Positions 19,688 through 29,458 of a stretch of DNA of 64,000 nt are shown in pieces. This stretch comes from Ulvibacterium sp. (GTDB taxonomy: Bacteria; Bacteroidota; Bacteroidia; Flavobacteriales; Flavobacteriaceae), in NCBI RefSeq assembly GCF_965228935.1, contig NZ_OZ245846.1, forward strand, positions 1,264,528 to 1,328,527, written 5' to 3'. The position numbers and the translations under genes were made by a program. The notes below the pieces were generated by a model. That model was not told the DNA's origin and ran no database searches. It worked only from the letters and a program-made list of their open reading frames with translations. Position 1 is the first letter of the stretch. Every line of letters starts with the position of its first letter.

Positions 19688-21166
19688 TCAATCATCAATT
19701 TTAAGTATAGAACGGATGCGTCTCCTTATGTCTTTGTCGGGGAAAAGATGGTGTTCATCACTTGGTATGCGTATCAGGGAACTGTAACTAAAACCGTCTT
19801 TTCCATTCTTTTCATGAATATCCTCGTCCAAAGTACGAATGATTTGGGTCTTGTTGCTAAGAATGTATTTTTTATCCGCTAAGTACAAAAAAAGTTTTGC
19901 AAAATCTTTTGCGTGTTTTGATGGTATGAAGTTTAAAGGCTTGTACCCAAAATTGCTAACAGTGCGTTTTGCAAAATCAATTTTTTCGTCATATTCGAAG
20001 GAGAAGTTTCGATATAAAAAACTTTCGATTGCCCTACCTCGCTCTTCGTCAACCTGTATTTTAAGATGATTGAAAAATTCGGTCAATACTTTTTTTAATC
20101 TGAGTTGTGACCCCTTTTTTGAGATGACAATCTGGTTTTTTGGTGGTTCTTCTGTTTCTGCTTTGAGTGAGACTTTTAAATCCCTCGCTTTCAATTTTTT
20201 TAGCCAAGTTGAAAATTGAGATGAATGTACCAATGGTGGCGAAAATGACTTGATGGTAATGATTCCGATTTCTTTGTCTTTCACCGCAAAATTTCCTTTG
20301 TCCGTGTCAATCGTCAAATCTTGAAAATACTCCTCGCCCAAGAGAGCTTCCAATTCCTTGAGGGACATTAAAAGTTTTTTCTTGAGCAAGCCAAATAATC
20401 CTTTTTGTTTTAGGGCATTCCTTACGAGCTGCCTCCATTTTTCAAAATCGACCAATACAGGCCATAAAACAACCGACCTGTCCATTATGGCAAAAGGGAG
20501 GGCCTCTTTGCCCGCGCTGACAAAAAGTTTTTTGATATGATCTCCCTCTTTTCTGATTTCGTCCGATAGCGAATGCCCCAGCCATTTGGCCTCATCAAAA
20601 AAGAGTTGCTTTAAATAATTGAGGGCATAACCATAAAAAGGGATTGGTTCTTGGTCGGGGAAGCTATGTACAGGGAAACAAAGCCGTTCTTCCAAAGACA
20701 TTAAATGCAATAACTTTTCGAAGTCAATTTCCGGTTGCCTGATGTCTTTTTTTGCCTTGAAATAGTACAAAAAACGATTTATTCGTTCCAATGAGGCCAT
20801 TTCTTCAAGAATATAATTCATGGTTCCATAATTGCTATGAAAAAATGAACGGCAATCCTCATAGAACGTGTCGGGCAAGATGGATTTTTCCGGTGTATCT
20901 ATACCAATAGGAACTGATTGCTCATTTGACGGCAGGTATTTTTTGGGGTTAAGTGTCGAAAAATCGAACAACACATCTAGATTACCCAGCAAGACATCGT
21001 CTTTTAAGTTATTGAGAACCCATTCCATGAGGTGATAGTATTGGTATGGGCTTAAGCTTTTGATTTTTCCTCGGGTAAATTGCTTGAATTCCTTGGTCTG
21101 AAAGTCGCTAAAGAAAAACAGCTTTATCGGGTCTAAAGATTCTTCTATGTTAAGGGCTTGAATCAA
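19688..21166 (-). CDS. Hypothetical 492-aa protein.
   Basis: Long ORF. No recognised motif. Confidence 0.5.
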   Translation of the reverse strand: MIQALNIEESLDPIKLFFFSDFQTKEFKQFTRGKIKSLSPYQYYHLMEWVLNNLKDDVLLGNLDVLFDFSTLNPKKYLPSNEQSVPIGIDTPEKSILPDTFYEDCRSFFHSNYGTMNYILEEMASLERINRFLYYFKAKKDIRQPEIDFEKLLHLMSLEERLCFPVHSFPDQEPIPFYGYALNYLKQLFFDEAKWLGHSLSDEIRKEGDHIKKLFVSAGKEALPFAIMDRSVVLWPVLVDFEKWRQLVRNALKQKGLFGLLKKKLLMSLKELEALLGEEYFQDLTIDTDKGNFAVKDKEIGIITIKSFSPPLVHSSQFSTWLKKLKARDLKVSLKAETEEPPKNQIVISKKGSQLRLKKVLTEFFNHLKIQVDEERGRAIESFLYRNFSFEYDEKIDFAKRTVSNFGYKPLNFIPSKHAKDFAKLFLYLADKKYILSNKTQIIRTLDEDIHEKNGKDGFSYSSLIRIPSDEHHLFPDKDIRRRIRSILKIDD

Positions 21167-21470
21167 ACTGGGATAAGTCTATTTTGAAATAAGACAATCA
21201 TAAGGTAAACCTAAAGCCAATGTATTGAAAATCTTTTATTTGAAATGTAGGATTTAACGCCAAACGGTTTGGACAATTAGGTAATCGATTTGAATATGTC
21301 TCTAAATACTGTATGGATTAATGACAACACTATTTTGTATCGAGGAAACATTCTGTTGAAAAACTATTTGAAAAGATTGTGGTAATAGAAAATCATCATA
21401 AATAAGGTTTTTTAATTTCAGTCAATGATAATTGAAAGTATTTGATACTTAATAATCTTACGCTGGAAAC

Positions 21471-21962
21471 ATGGAGAAATATAAGCCATTAATAGACGAA
21501 ATGACACGTATTACGGTAGAAGAGGGATACAGTTCAAAGGATGCTTTTTCTTTGGTGGTCAAGCAATATATTGATAACAAATGGGGAAATGTTTATCTGA
21601 ATTCTTATGATTTGGAAGAAATATTTGCTAGAGGAGCCAGTGCTGCGTCGAATATAATTTATCGAAGAGAGAAAAAGGGTACTTTAAAAAGAGAGCCAAA
21701 AGTTTTAAAAGAAAACCCTTTAACGGGAAAACCGAAAACAAAAAGCGACAAAAAATTCAGCCCGCTCTTTTCCAATATTTACGGTACACATTGGAAATTA
21801 AGAGATAAAATGTCGTCCAAATGGAAAGAGCTCAGCTATAAGCATAACAATCAATCCAAGGCTATAAATGAAATGATAAAGTTTTATGGAATTAATATAG
21901 ACGATCCTTCTGATAAGAAATTCGTTATGTTATTGGATGTTGTGAAAGAACACACAAATTAA
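21471..21962 (+). CDS. Hypothetical 163-aa basic protein.
   Basis: ORF converges with the integrase gene (stops overlap). Confidence 0.4.
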   Translation: MEKYKPLIDEMTRITVEEGYSSKDAFSLVVKQYIDNKWGNVYLNSYDLEEIFARGASAASNIIYRREKKGTLKREPKVLKENPLTGKPKTKSDKKFSPLFSNIYGTHWKLRDKMSSKWKELSYKHNNQSKAINEMIKFYGINIDDPSDKKFVMLLDVVKEHTN

Positions 21963-23203
21963 ACTTTAACTGCATTCCAAGCGTTGTCCATTTCCCTTTT
22001 CTTTAAATCCTCGGCAATTTTGACATAACGCCTAAATGTAGCCTCCTGCTTATGCCCTGTAATGTTGCGTACCACCATTTCTTTCATGCCTAATACCAAA
22101 CTATTGGTGACAAAGGTTTTTCTTGCGGTATGGCTGGTAATCAATTTCCATTTTGGCTCCGTAATGTCAATGCGCTTTTGCCCGATCCAACGTGTAATTG
22201 AAGTGGGTGTGGTGATTTTGGCAAACCGACAACACTCCTTAATATGCTTATTGAATTTAACATCCGAAATGATGGGTAAAGGTTCGTAAATGGTGTCCTT
22301 GTATTTGTCCAATAACGCTTTCGCAAAATTATTTAAGGGTACTTTGTGTGCAACAGTCTTTGTCTTTTTGATGTTCAGCATAATATGGTCGTCAAAAACA
22401 TTGGAAGCCCGAAGTTGGCTGATATCGGAGTAGCGCAATCCCGTAAAACAGCCAAAGCAATACACATCCCTAACTTGGGTCAACCTTGTATTGTGGAAGT
22501 TGTGATTATAAAGGGTCATCAATTCATCCATAGTAAGATAAATGACCTCGGTTTCCTGTCCAGCGGCCTTAAACTTTTTGAAAGCCAAGTTGGAGTGGTA
22601 CCCTCGCTCATAAGACCAATTCATAAAGGTTTTTAGGATGGAAATCAGTTTTGCAAAGTAATTGTTGAGCGTATTTTTTTCTTCAAAGCAATAATCCCTG
22701 AACTTCTCGAAAAAGTCAAGGGTGATGGTATCGAACCGCAATTGGTAGCCTGTATCTTCTGAAAAGCCCTTGTAGAAATTCAAAACGGACTTGTATTTTT
22801 TGAGAGTACTTTTTGCCTTTACGTTTTTGCCCTTTTCTATAAACTCATCAAATGAGGGTAGAAATTCATGGGAAAGATCAATGGTTGATTGCCCATTATC
22901 CAGCCTTTCCGCAATATACTTCTTGGAAGGCGCAATGTCATTCAGCAGCATATACCGAAACAGCTTCTTGGCATCGCTCTCCATATCATCCAAAATCTTG
23001 TTGTACTCTAAGCTGTAATTATATGGCTCGGATTTTCTCGGTGTTTTGATACGTTGGTTTCTTTCATCCCAATGCGATTTCTTGCAATCGATGCCCGACA
23101 CGACCTTAAAATACTTGAATCCATTGGCGGAAATCAGCATCCGAACGGGCATAGCCCCCGACTTTTTTACTTTATCCTGTCTTAAATGAAATGAAACTTG
23201 CAT
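21959..23203 (-). CDS. int: Tyrosine-type site-specific integrase (phage integrase family with an N-terminal arm-binding domain).
   Basis: C-terminal catalytic region HTARKTFVTNSLVLGMKEMVVRNITGHKQEATFRRYVK (R...H..R..Y). Confidence 0.85.
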   Translation of the reverse strand: MQVSFHLRQDKVKKSGAMPVRMLISANGFKYFKVVSGIDCKKSHWDERNQRIKTPRKSEPYNYSLEYNKILDDMESDAKKLFRYMLLNDIAPSKKYIAERLDNGQSTIDLSHEFLPSFDEFIEKGKNVKAKSTLKKYKSVLNFYKGFSEDTGYQLRFDTITLDFFEKFRDYCFEEKNTLNNYFAKLISILKTFMNWSYERGYHSNLAFKKFKAAGQETEVIYLTMDELMTLYNHNFHNTRLTQVRDVYCFGCFTGLRYSDISQLRASNVFDDHIMLNIKKTKTVAHKVPLNNFAKALLDKYKDTIYEPLPIISDVKFNKHIKECCRFAKITTPTSITRWIGQKRIDITEPKWKLITSHTARKTFVTNSLVLGMKEMVVRNITGHKQEATFRRYVKIAEDLKKREMDNAWNAVKV

Positions 23204-23339
23204 GGGTCTTTAATTTGATTTCAATGCGAAAAAAGGGGCAACAAATAGGGCAACTTTTTTAAGTTTAAAATTGTAATTTTTAATTTCAATAACCTTTGGG
23301 AGAGCCAATATAATCAATATTAGCGGGTTTAAAGGGGCT

Positions 23340-23700
23340 TTAAAAAGTAAAAGAGGAATGGTAGTCCAGGTGGGACCACATCAAGCGCAAAACCCGTGCT
23401 CCGCTAGGAGGCCGGGTTTTATTTTTTTGAATAGGAGAAGACACTTGGGTTTCTTGAGCATCAAAAAAATAAAACACAACGGCTATAGGCCATGGGTTTT
23501 GCATTTGCAGTAACGGGCCTTCTCTGGTCGCTTCCAACTTTGGAGGAAGCAACCCATATGATACCAAAAGTCTTAGCGAGAGCTAGGACTTTTTTTGTGG
23601 ATGAAACCTTGGGCGAGAAGTTTATGCTGAGCTTAGTCGAAGCAAGCCCAACCTGCCCGTCCGAAATAAAATGAAGGCGGGGCAGGGCCACTTTTAAAAT
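23340..23700. other. GC-richer non-coding segment adjacent to the integrase. Candidate attachment site and/or structured RNA of undetermined identity.
   Basis: Only short overlapping ORFs occur on both strands. GC is clearly above that of the flanking AT-rich DNA. Several stem-loops are present. I could not match it by eye to tRNA, tmRNA or RNase P. Confidence 0.2.
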
Positions 23701-24062
23701 TCGTAACTTGCTAATTATTAGTTTGTTGTGAACTTTTTGATTTATAAAATGTACGATAATTGTACGGCCACAAAGCCTTTACAAAGTCTATAAACCATAA
23801 TCATAAAGCCCCAGTGCCTTTAATCTGTAGTCCATTGCTTCTTTACTGACAATAAATTTTTTGCTTAATGAATACAATTTGGATTCGTATTCCAAATCTT
23901 CATCTAGCTGGACAAGTTCAGAGTGAATTAATTTCTTGGGCATTAAAAGACAAGTAGCAAATGTGTTTTCCTTATTCTATTGGCAATCAGGGCATCCTGA
24001 TTTTTAACCCAAGGAAAAAATCAATGGCTAAGCGCGGGATTAAGATCCGTTTTCTGGGAGGA

Positions 24063-24812
24063 TTAAAATCTAAAAGAAAGGTATGCTCCGGCCCCCGCCT
24101 GATCCACAGTTGGTGCGATTAGCAGCCTATCTGATTTCTTGAAAGGATTCCAGGAGAAAAGATAGTCGAAGTGGTAGACTAGCTTGGTCACTGCAATGCC
24201 CAGGGCAGAACCCAGGATTACATCGGAGAGCCAATGTTTATTCTTAGCCATACGTAGGTATGCCGTACTTATAGCAAAGGCATAACCGGAATAGGCTAAA
24301 ATGGGTTCGGTATTTTTGAATTCCTCATGGAGCACGGTAGCACTTGCAAAAGCCAGAGAGGTATGCCCAGAGGGGAACGCTTCCTCATTGGCGCCATTAG
24401 GCCTTTCCTTATCGATAGTTATCTTTAGGCCAGTGGTAATTGCCTGGGTAAGCAGTAAGGACAGTCCTGCATTCTTTGTTTGGTCAAACCAATGGTTCTC
24501 AGCTTTTGCGCCCAAACCGTCAGAAATATACATGACGGCCAGGGGTGCAAACCTGGTGTAATCATCGATATTTGTTTTTAGGTTACGATTGACCTTAGGT
24601 TGCAATTCCTGCTCAAAATCACCGTTGGTCATCAGCAAGGCGGTAGCCGTCAGCCCAACCGGAATTGCCATTTTTTTAAAGGTAAGCGGCTGCCTTTCGG
24701 TACGCTGATCAAAGGAGGTGGAATCGAGAATTACATCATATTGGCCGAGGCAAAGGATTGGAGAGATAAGGAGTATGAAATAAATGCTAAATAAACATTT
24801 CTTTGAGAACAT
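24063..24812 (-). CDS. PAP2-family phosphatase (secreted or membrane-associated).
   Basis: N-terminal signal peptide. PAP2 motifs KERPNG, PSGH and a C-terminal HWLSDV. Confidence 0.7.
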   Translation of the reverse strand: MFSKKCLFSIYFILLISPILCLGQYDVILDSTSFDQRTERQPLTFKKMAIPVGLTATALLMTNGDFEQELQPKVNRNLKTNIDDYTRFAPLAVMYISDGLGAKAENHWFDQTKNAGLSLLLTQAITTGLKITIDKERPNGANEEAFPSGHTSLAFASATVLHEEFKNTEPILAYSGYAFAISTAYLRMAKNKHWLSDVILGSALGIAVTKLVYHFDYLFSWNPFKKSDRLLIAPTVDQAGAGAYLSFRF

Positions 24813-24897
24813 TCGTATCTTTTTCTAGGAAGATACCTCTATAACGCAATAAATCAGGAATAAATTTTACGTTGGGTTTATTTCCTTATTTCGTTGG

Positions 24898-25075
24898 GAA
24901 CGTTGGGCGTGGCAAAAAAGAAAATGAAAGGACTGGGAAATCAAGCTGCAAAGTTCCAATTATTAGGGTAAGTATCAGAGTTTAATAAGCACTTGGAAGG
25001 GATTCAACAAGCTTTGCAAGAGCAAGTGAAAGGGAAATGAGCACACGGGCATTGAAATCACCTTTCTGGTAAAAC
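24898..25075 (+). repeat. Degenerate duplicate (pseudogene fragment) of the last roughly 40 codons plus the 3-prime flank of the giant AAA gene (compare 38225-38400).
   Basis: aaaatgaaaggactgggaaatcaagctgcaaagttccaattatt...agtttaataagcacttggaagggattcaacaagctttgcaagagcaagtgaaagggaaatgagcac is nearly identical to 38240-38370. In this copy the frame is broken by TAA (LLG*). Confidence 0.75.
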
Positions 25076-25256
25076 CCAACTTTGAATTGGAACGTTTGCT
25101 CTTGGGTTTTGGAGAATCTATGGAAGTGTTAAAACCAGAAAAACTGAGAAATCGAATTGCCGAGAAACTAAGAAATGCGGCAGGGCTATATCAAACGCGC
25201 TTGAAGTAAAAATCAATTTAAACCATACTTCACCCAAAGCATCACACTTTTTGGTT

Positions 25257-28052
25257 TTATCGAAAGTTGAGGAATGATTTAAGACGTAGCAATACCGTTT
25301 CCTTTTCAAAATACCAGTCAGCAAATGAAATGGGGAAAACTTGAACATTGGCCCTTCGTAAGATACGGATGCGCTCTATACTCAGAGCATGTTCATAAGC
25401 TCCGGGATATCCAATAAGGTCTACCCCTAGGTATTGGTCATTTATTTTGAATAAGAGATCTAACGTTGTATCCGCTATTTTATAGTTTTCCCAGTAATTT
25501 TCGAAAACCGATTGAGGCAGACTTTGCTTTACCTCCTCTAAGAAAGTGTCATAACCCGTTGGTATGTAGTCCCCTTTCGCCTTTTGTTTATTGCCTTGTG
25601 CCAAGTACTTTCGAAAAAGATTTTCCGGTTTTAGATCTGGGTGGTCTACGGAAAAATATATGTGTTGTTGATGCCGTGCACGGGTGATGGATACGTTGAA
25701 CACTTCGGGTTTGTTCAGATGGATATGGGCAGAATGATGTGTATTGCTATCCACGACCATAGATAGGTACATGACATCTCGTTCTTCACCCTGAAAACTA
25801 TATGGGGTGCCAATTTTGATGTGGTGTCTCTCAATAATTTCGAGCGTAAATTGATCAAACAACATTTTGGAGATATATTCTACTTGACTTCTGAAAGGAC
25901 TTAAAACCCCAATGGAAGTGGCCAACGAATCGGCTAGGTCGGATTCTTTCTTAATTCGATTTTTTACATCCTTCAACAGGTTCTGGGCTTCTACAAAGTT
26001 CTCGCCCTTGTCATTTCTTTCGCCCCCACACTTTATAAAATACAAGGCCTGCTCCCTATCATCTGGTTTTGTTGTCATGAGTTGGAGCCCGTTGTCATAA
26101 AATTCGCGATTACTAAAATCAATTATGGGGGGAAGACTCCGGTAATGTTCATCGAGCATAGCTACTTGATCTCCACTTTTAAGGCTGTTCATGGCGATAT
26201 CCAATATGCTGTGGTCACGGTAATTTAAAAGGAAAGAATCGATATGGTCCAACTCAAACTTACTGGCCAATAGGTGTTGCACGTTTTTGGATAAAAAAGA
26301 AATATGTCGAAGTTGACTGGGGTCGCCGGCAAAAACGACTCTTTTTGCACGTTGTATTGCCGGAATGCAGGAAGCGATATCGCACTGGGTCGCTTCGTCA
26401 ATAATTACCACATCGAACAATTCCTTTTGGAGCGGAATCTTATCTTTTACTTCGGACAAGTTGATCAACCAGACGGGGAAGGCCTTTAGAATATTGTCGA
26501 ACTCAATTTTCTCAAAGAGCTTGGTTCTTTCTGTGTCGTTGTGTGTGTTGAGCGCGCGGTAAAATTCATTAAAATCTTTCCAGTGATACTCTATGGCCCC
26601 TAGAAGGTTGGAAACATAGTTCCATTTTAGAAAATCTTTTGTCAACCTTACGACTTCCTTGTCGTTTTTCCCCAATTCGGAAACAATTACATGTAATGGG
26701 CCCTTTATGGAGAAATTAGTGCTTAGTTTAAACCAAAGCGTCTTTAGCTCATGCCAAAACCTCTTCGCTTTTCGACTTAAAAAGGAACTTTTTTCTTTCT
26801 CCGTTACCAATACGGCCTTGAACTCTTCCTCAAGTTTTGAGCTACGTTTTTTCAGCTTGGATAATTTAAACTTGAGTTCCAAAGCATGATTTCGCAGTTC
26901 ACTTTTGGTTCGAAAACTGTTGGTTTCCTGAAACTCTTTATTCAGAAAACGTAGTGGATACTTTCGGATTAACATGGATTTTAAGAAGCGCCTTACTTTG
27001 GTAATATGCTTTCTTTTTCCTCCGCCTCTTACAATACAATGTTCAAAACCTAATTGGTCATTGATCTTATCGGCGACCACATCTACGGCTTCATCGGTTC
27101 TAGAAGCAATCAAAACGGATTCTCCGCGACTCATATGCTCCAACGCAATGGCTGATATGGTGTAGGTTTTTCCTGTGCCGGGTGGCCCTACAATTAAGGT
27201 CACGGGATTATGGGTGGAAGATGACATCAATTTTTTTTGTGCCTCACTTAGAATAGTAGGGACATAACCTTTAAATGCTTTGTTGGATCCGGATAAAGTA
27301 TTTTCGCTGTTGTCAAAAAGGTAGGACAATGAAGTAGAGAAATCTGCGGATTCTCCCAATTCCTTTAATTCGTTGAGGATCCCACGTGTTTGTTTGGATT
27401 TTTCGACAATTCCCAACACACTAAAAGGTACAATTTGATAGACATCCTTCGTGCCTTTCAATTTTTTTAGTCGATATCTTAATTTACTAAGAACGATGTT
27501 TTTTGGGTAGCCCAAAAGTTCGGTATGCTCTACATTGGGGAAGTGCTTTTCAAAAATTTTGGTTAGGCCGCTAATATGTTCAAAAAGCAAAGCGTCCCTT
27601 GGTAATGCTTCAAGCAGTTTGTCTTGAAAATTATCATTTTCATCATTGCTGCTTAAAAACTGTAGCAGGGGGTAATTGAGCCTTCTTGATTTTAAGTCAA
27701 TTCGAGCAAAATAAAACTCCTCCTTCTTCTCAATATTTACATCATAGTATAATAAGGGAGCGCAAAGGGATTGTAGTTTTCCCCTGAAATCAACATAGGT
27801 GCCACAAATAAAAAGTGACCCATAAATCAATTCCTTTTCTTTTTCAAATAACGTAATATTTTTTAACAACAACTCTGCCTGCTCATTGGGCAAGGGAACT
27901 ATTGGGTATTTGCCATTAATGAGTTCTTCTTGCTCAAAATAAATTTTATGGGCTACTTTGGACCCTAAAAAATTAAAGATACTAATAGACCTATTGTCAG
28001 ATAGGTAGCATTGATGGAAATAGGTGATAATGTCGGCAAGCTTACCTGTCAT
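25257..28052 (-). CDS. Superfamily-1 (Upf1/DNA2-like, AAA_11/AAA_12) helicase with a C-terminal endonuclease-like domain.
   Basis: Walker A LIVGPPGTGKTYT. Motif II VVIIDEATQCD. Motif VI VSITRARHQQHIYF. The C-terminal segment after the helicase core resembles REase-like DUF3320/DUF559 tails. That part is inference. Confidence 0.65.
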   Translation of the reverse strand: MTGKLADIITYFHQCYLSDNRSISIFNFLGSKVAHKIYFEQEELINGKYPIVPLPNEQAELLLKNITLFEKEKELIYGSLFICGTYVDFRGKLQSLCAPLLYYDVNIEKKEEFYFARIDLKSRRLNYPLLQFLSSNDENDNFQDKLLEALPRDALLFEHISGLTKIFEKHFPNVEHTELLGYPKNIVLSKLRYRLKKLKGTKDVYQIVPFSVLGIVEKSKQTRGILNELKELGESADFSTSLSYLFDNSENTLSGSNKAFKGYVPTILSEAQKKLMSSSTHNPVTLIVGPPGTGKTYTISAIALEHMSRGESVLIASRTDEAVDVVADKINDQLGFEHCIVRGGGKRKHITKVRRFLKSMLIRKYPLRFLNKEFQETNSFRTKSELRNHALELKFKLSKLKKRSSKLEEEFKAVLVTEKEKSSFLSRKAKRFWHELKTLWFKLSTNFSIKGPLHVIVSELGKNDKEVVRLTKDFLKWNYVSNLLGAIEYHWKDFNEFYRALNTHNDTERTKLFEKIEFDNILKAFPVWLINLSEVKDKIPLQKELFDVVIIDEATQCDIASCIPAIQRAKRVVFAGDPSQLRHISFLSKNVQHLLASKFELDHIDSFLLNYRDHSILDIAMNSLKSGDQVAMLDEHYRSLPPIIDFSNREFYDNGLQLMTTKPDDREQALYFIKCGGERNDKGENFVEAQNLLKDVKNRIKKESDLADSLATSIGVLSPFRSQVEYISKMLFDQFTLEIIERHHIKIGTPYSFQGEERDVMYLSMVVDSNTHHSAHIHLNKPEVFNVSITRARHQQHIYFSVDHPDLKPENLFRKYLAQGNKQKAKGDYIPTGYDTFLEEVKQSLPQSVFENYWENYKIADTTLDLLFKINDQYLGVDLIGYPGAYEHALSIERIRILRRANVQVFPISFADWYFEKETVLLRLKSFLNFR

Positions 28053-28070
28053 TTATTTCTACTAAATCCG

Positions 28071-28850
28071 TTATCTCAATAATTCATGTAATTTTCCAAC
28101 TTCTTCTTGGATAAGGGTCAATCTTCCCTCTATCATATCGGAAAAATCAGGAATTCGATTGCAGAACACGTATTTTATCTCCCAAAGTTCTCTCACAGCT
28201 GAAACAGGCATCTCGATGTCTTCAATGTTTTTATGGTCCGTTCTAAGGGTGATTTCCCCGGAAGAAAAGAAGAACCTCCGAAAGATTACCTTGTCAGCGG
28301 TAATCAAAACGCAGTAGGTGCCGTTCTCGAGCTTCTTATAGTCTTTGCGTGCCAATTTTTGACCTATAACGATATCCTTGGGATAAAATCCGCGATCCAA
28401 ATGCGTCATTTCCAGGTTTTGTACCACGAAGGCACGAGATGATTCCGCGTTTGAAATAGGTAATTGAAGTTTGGGCAACCCTTTGATATAGGCCTCGTTT
28501 TCAAAAGAGGTGGGGTAATCCAAAATAAGCTCGTAGGTGACACAACCGATTTCTGGAAATAGATCTTTGGAAATCCTAGTTGAATCCGTGGTAAGGTCCG
28601 CTTTAAATTTGAGCAATTCGTTAACGGTGAGTTCACTGGTCAAGAGATCGTCGATGGAAATACTAAAATAATTAGCAATTCTTATGATTGTGTCGATTTT
28701 TGGCTCGCTACGCTGTTCTTCATAAGCCCCTAAAGTAGCTCTTTTCAAATCAAATATCTCTGAAAATGCCTGCTGGCTCATGTTTTGAACGCTCCGAATC
28801 TTTTTGATATTTTTTCCAAAGAAAGACATAAATGCTAATAATATTTGCAA
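28071..28850 (-). CDS. XRE-family HTH transcriptional regulator with a C-terminal domain of unknown function.
   Basis: N-terminal HTH IKKIRSVQNMSQQAFSEIF...ATLGAYEEQRSEPKIDTIIRIANYFSISIDDL. Confidence 0.65.
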   Translation of the reverse strand: MQILLAFMSFFGKNIKKIRSVQNMSQQAFSEIFDLKRATLGAYEEQRSEPKIDTIIRIANYFSISIDDLLTSELTVNELLKFKADLTTDSTRISKDLFPEIGCVTYELILDYPTSFENEAYIKGLPKLQLPISNAESSRAFVVQNLEMTHLDRGFYPKDIVIGQKLARKDYKKLENGTYCVLITADKVIFRRFFFSSGEITLRTDHKNIEDIEMPVSAVRELWEIKYVFCNRIPDFSDMIEGRLTLIQEEVGKLHELLR

Positions 28851-29060
28851 ATATGAAAACTATTTGCTATGTTTGTTAGGTAAATATAAAAAATTAAGCT
28901 GTCTCGAAGCTGTTTTTTGCTAAAAAACTGGAATTATATTGAGTTTAGCTATGCTTTTTAGCTATTTTATATGGACGGATTCATTAAAAGCAGAAATTTA
29001 TAGCTTAAATTGAGTTCCAAATTATTATCATTATTGTAATCATTAATCAACCAATACACT

Positions 29061-29456
29061 ATGGAAAAACATTTTCAAAAAGTCAAGGATTACCTGCAAC
29101 AGCTTGATTTTGACATTGCGACCGAAAACATTGGGGAAGGCATAATTGTCATCAACAAGGAACAGGAGGGGATAAAAAACTTGATACTCGGGGTTTTTAC
29201 CCCCATACTCATTATCGAACAGCACATATTCGATATCGCCGTTGGGGATATCAAGGTGTACAAAGAACTGCTTAAAAAGAACAGGGACATTGTACATGGG
29301 GCGTTCGTCCTTGATGGGTCCGGAGAAAAAGTAATTTTCAGGGACACCTTAAGGTTGCAGCACCTGGACTTGGACGAACTGGAAGGATCACTAAACTCAT
29401 TAAGCTTGCTATTGAGCGAGTATGCAGATCAAATTATAAACTATTCAAAACAATAA
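29061..29456 (+). CDS. YbjN/YjfI-like (DUF2170-type) small acidic protein. First gene of the PspA operon.
   Basis: 131 aa. Lies immediately upstream of, and 2 nt from, the PspA-like gene, mirroring the E. coli yjfI-yjfJ arrangement. The assignment is weak. Confidence 0.35.
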   Translation: MEKHFQKVKDYLQQLDFDIATENIGEGIIVINKEQEGIKNLILGVFTPILIIEQHIFDIAVGDIKVYKELLKKNRDIVHGAFVLDGSGEKVIFRDTLRLQHLDLDELEGSLNSLSLLLSEYADQIINYSKQ

Positions 29457-29458
29457 TC

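Larger units (their letters stand above)
1..23300. mobile_element. Partial integrative mobilizable element (IME) with defence cargo: integrase, excisionase-like HTH, mobABC and a putative oriT. The left end lies outside the window.
   Basis: Integrase at 21959-23203. mobA/B/C at 5578-8533. No tra/T4SS genes. GC is markedly lower than in the 29-63 kb region. The cargo consists of accessory and defence-type genes. Confidence 0.5.

Noticed and set aside
23340-23700. Tried to read this GC-richer non-coding segment as tmRNA (ssrA), RNase P RNA, SRP RNA or a tRNA, since integrases usually target such genes.
   Set aside because: No canonical T-arm/ACCA end, no ALAA-encoding tag frame and no GGAAAGUCCGG/ACAGAACCCGGCUUA RNase P cores could be aligned. 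It is kept only as an unassigned candidate ncRNA/att region.
23800-23943. Short minus-strand ORF (about 47 aa, MPKKLIHSELVQLDEDLEYESKLYSLSKKFIVSKEAMDYRLKALGL) that could be a remnant of an ImmA/IrrE-type or other truncated gene.
   Set aside because: It is too short and lacks diagnostic motifs (no HEXXH). It is mentioned only as a possible gene fragment near the element boundary.
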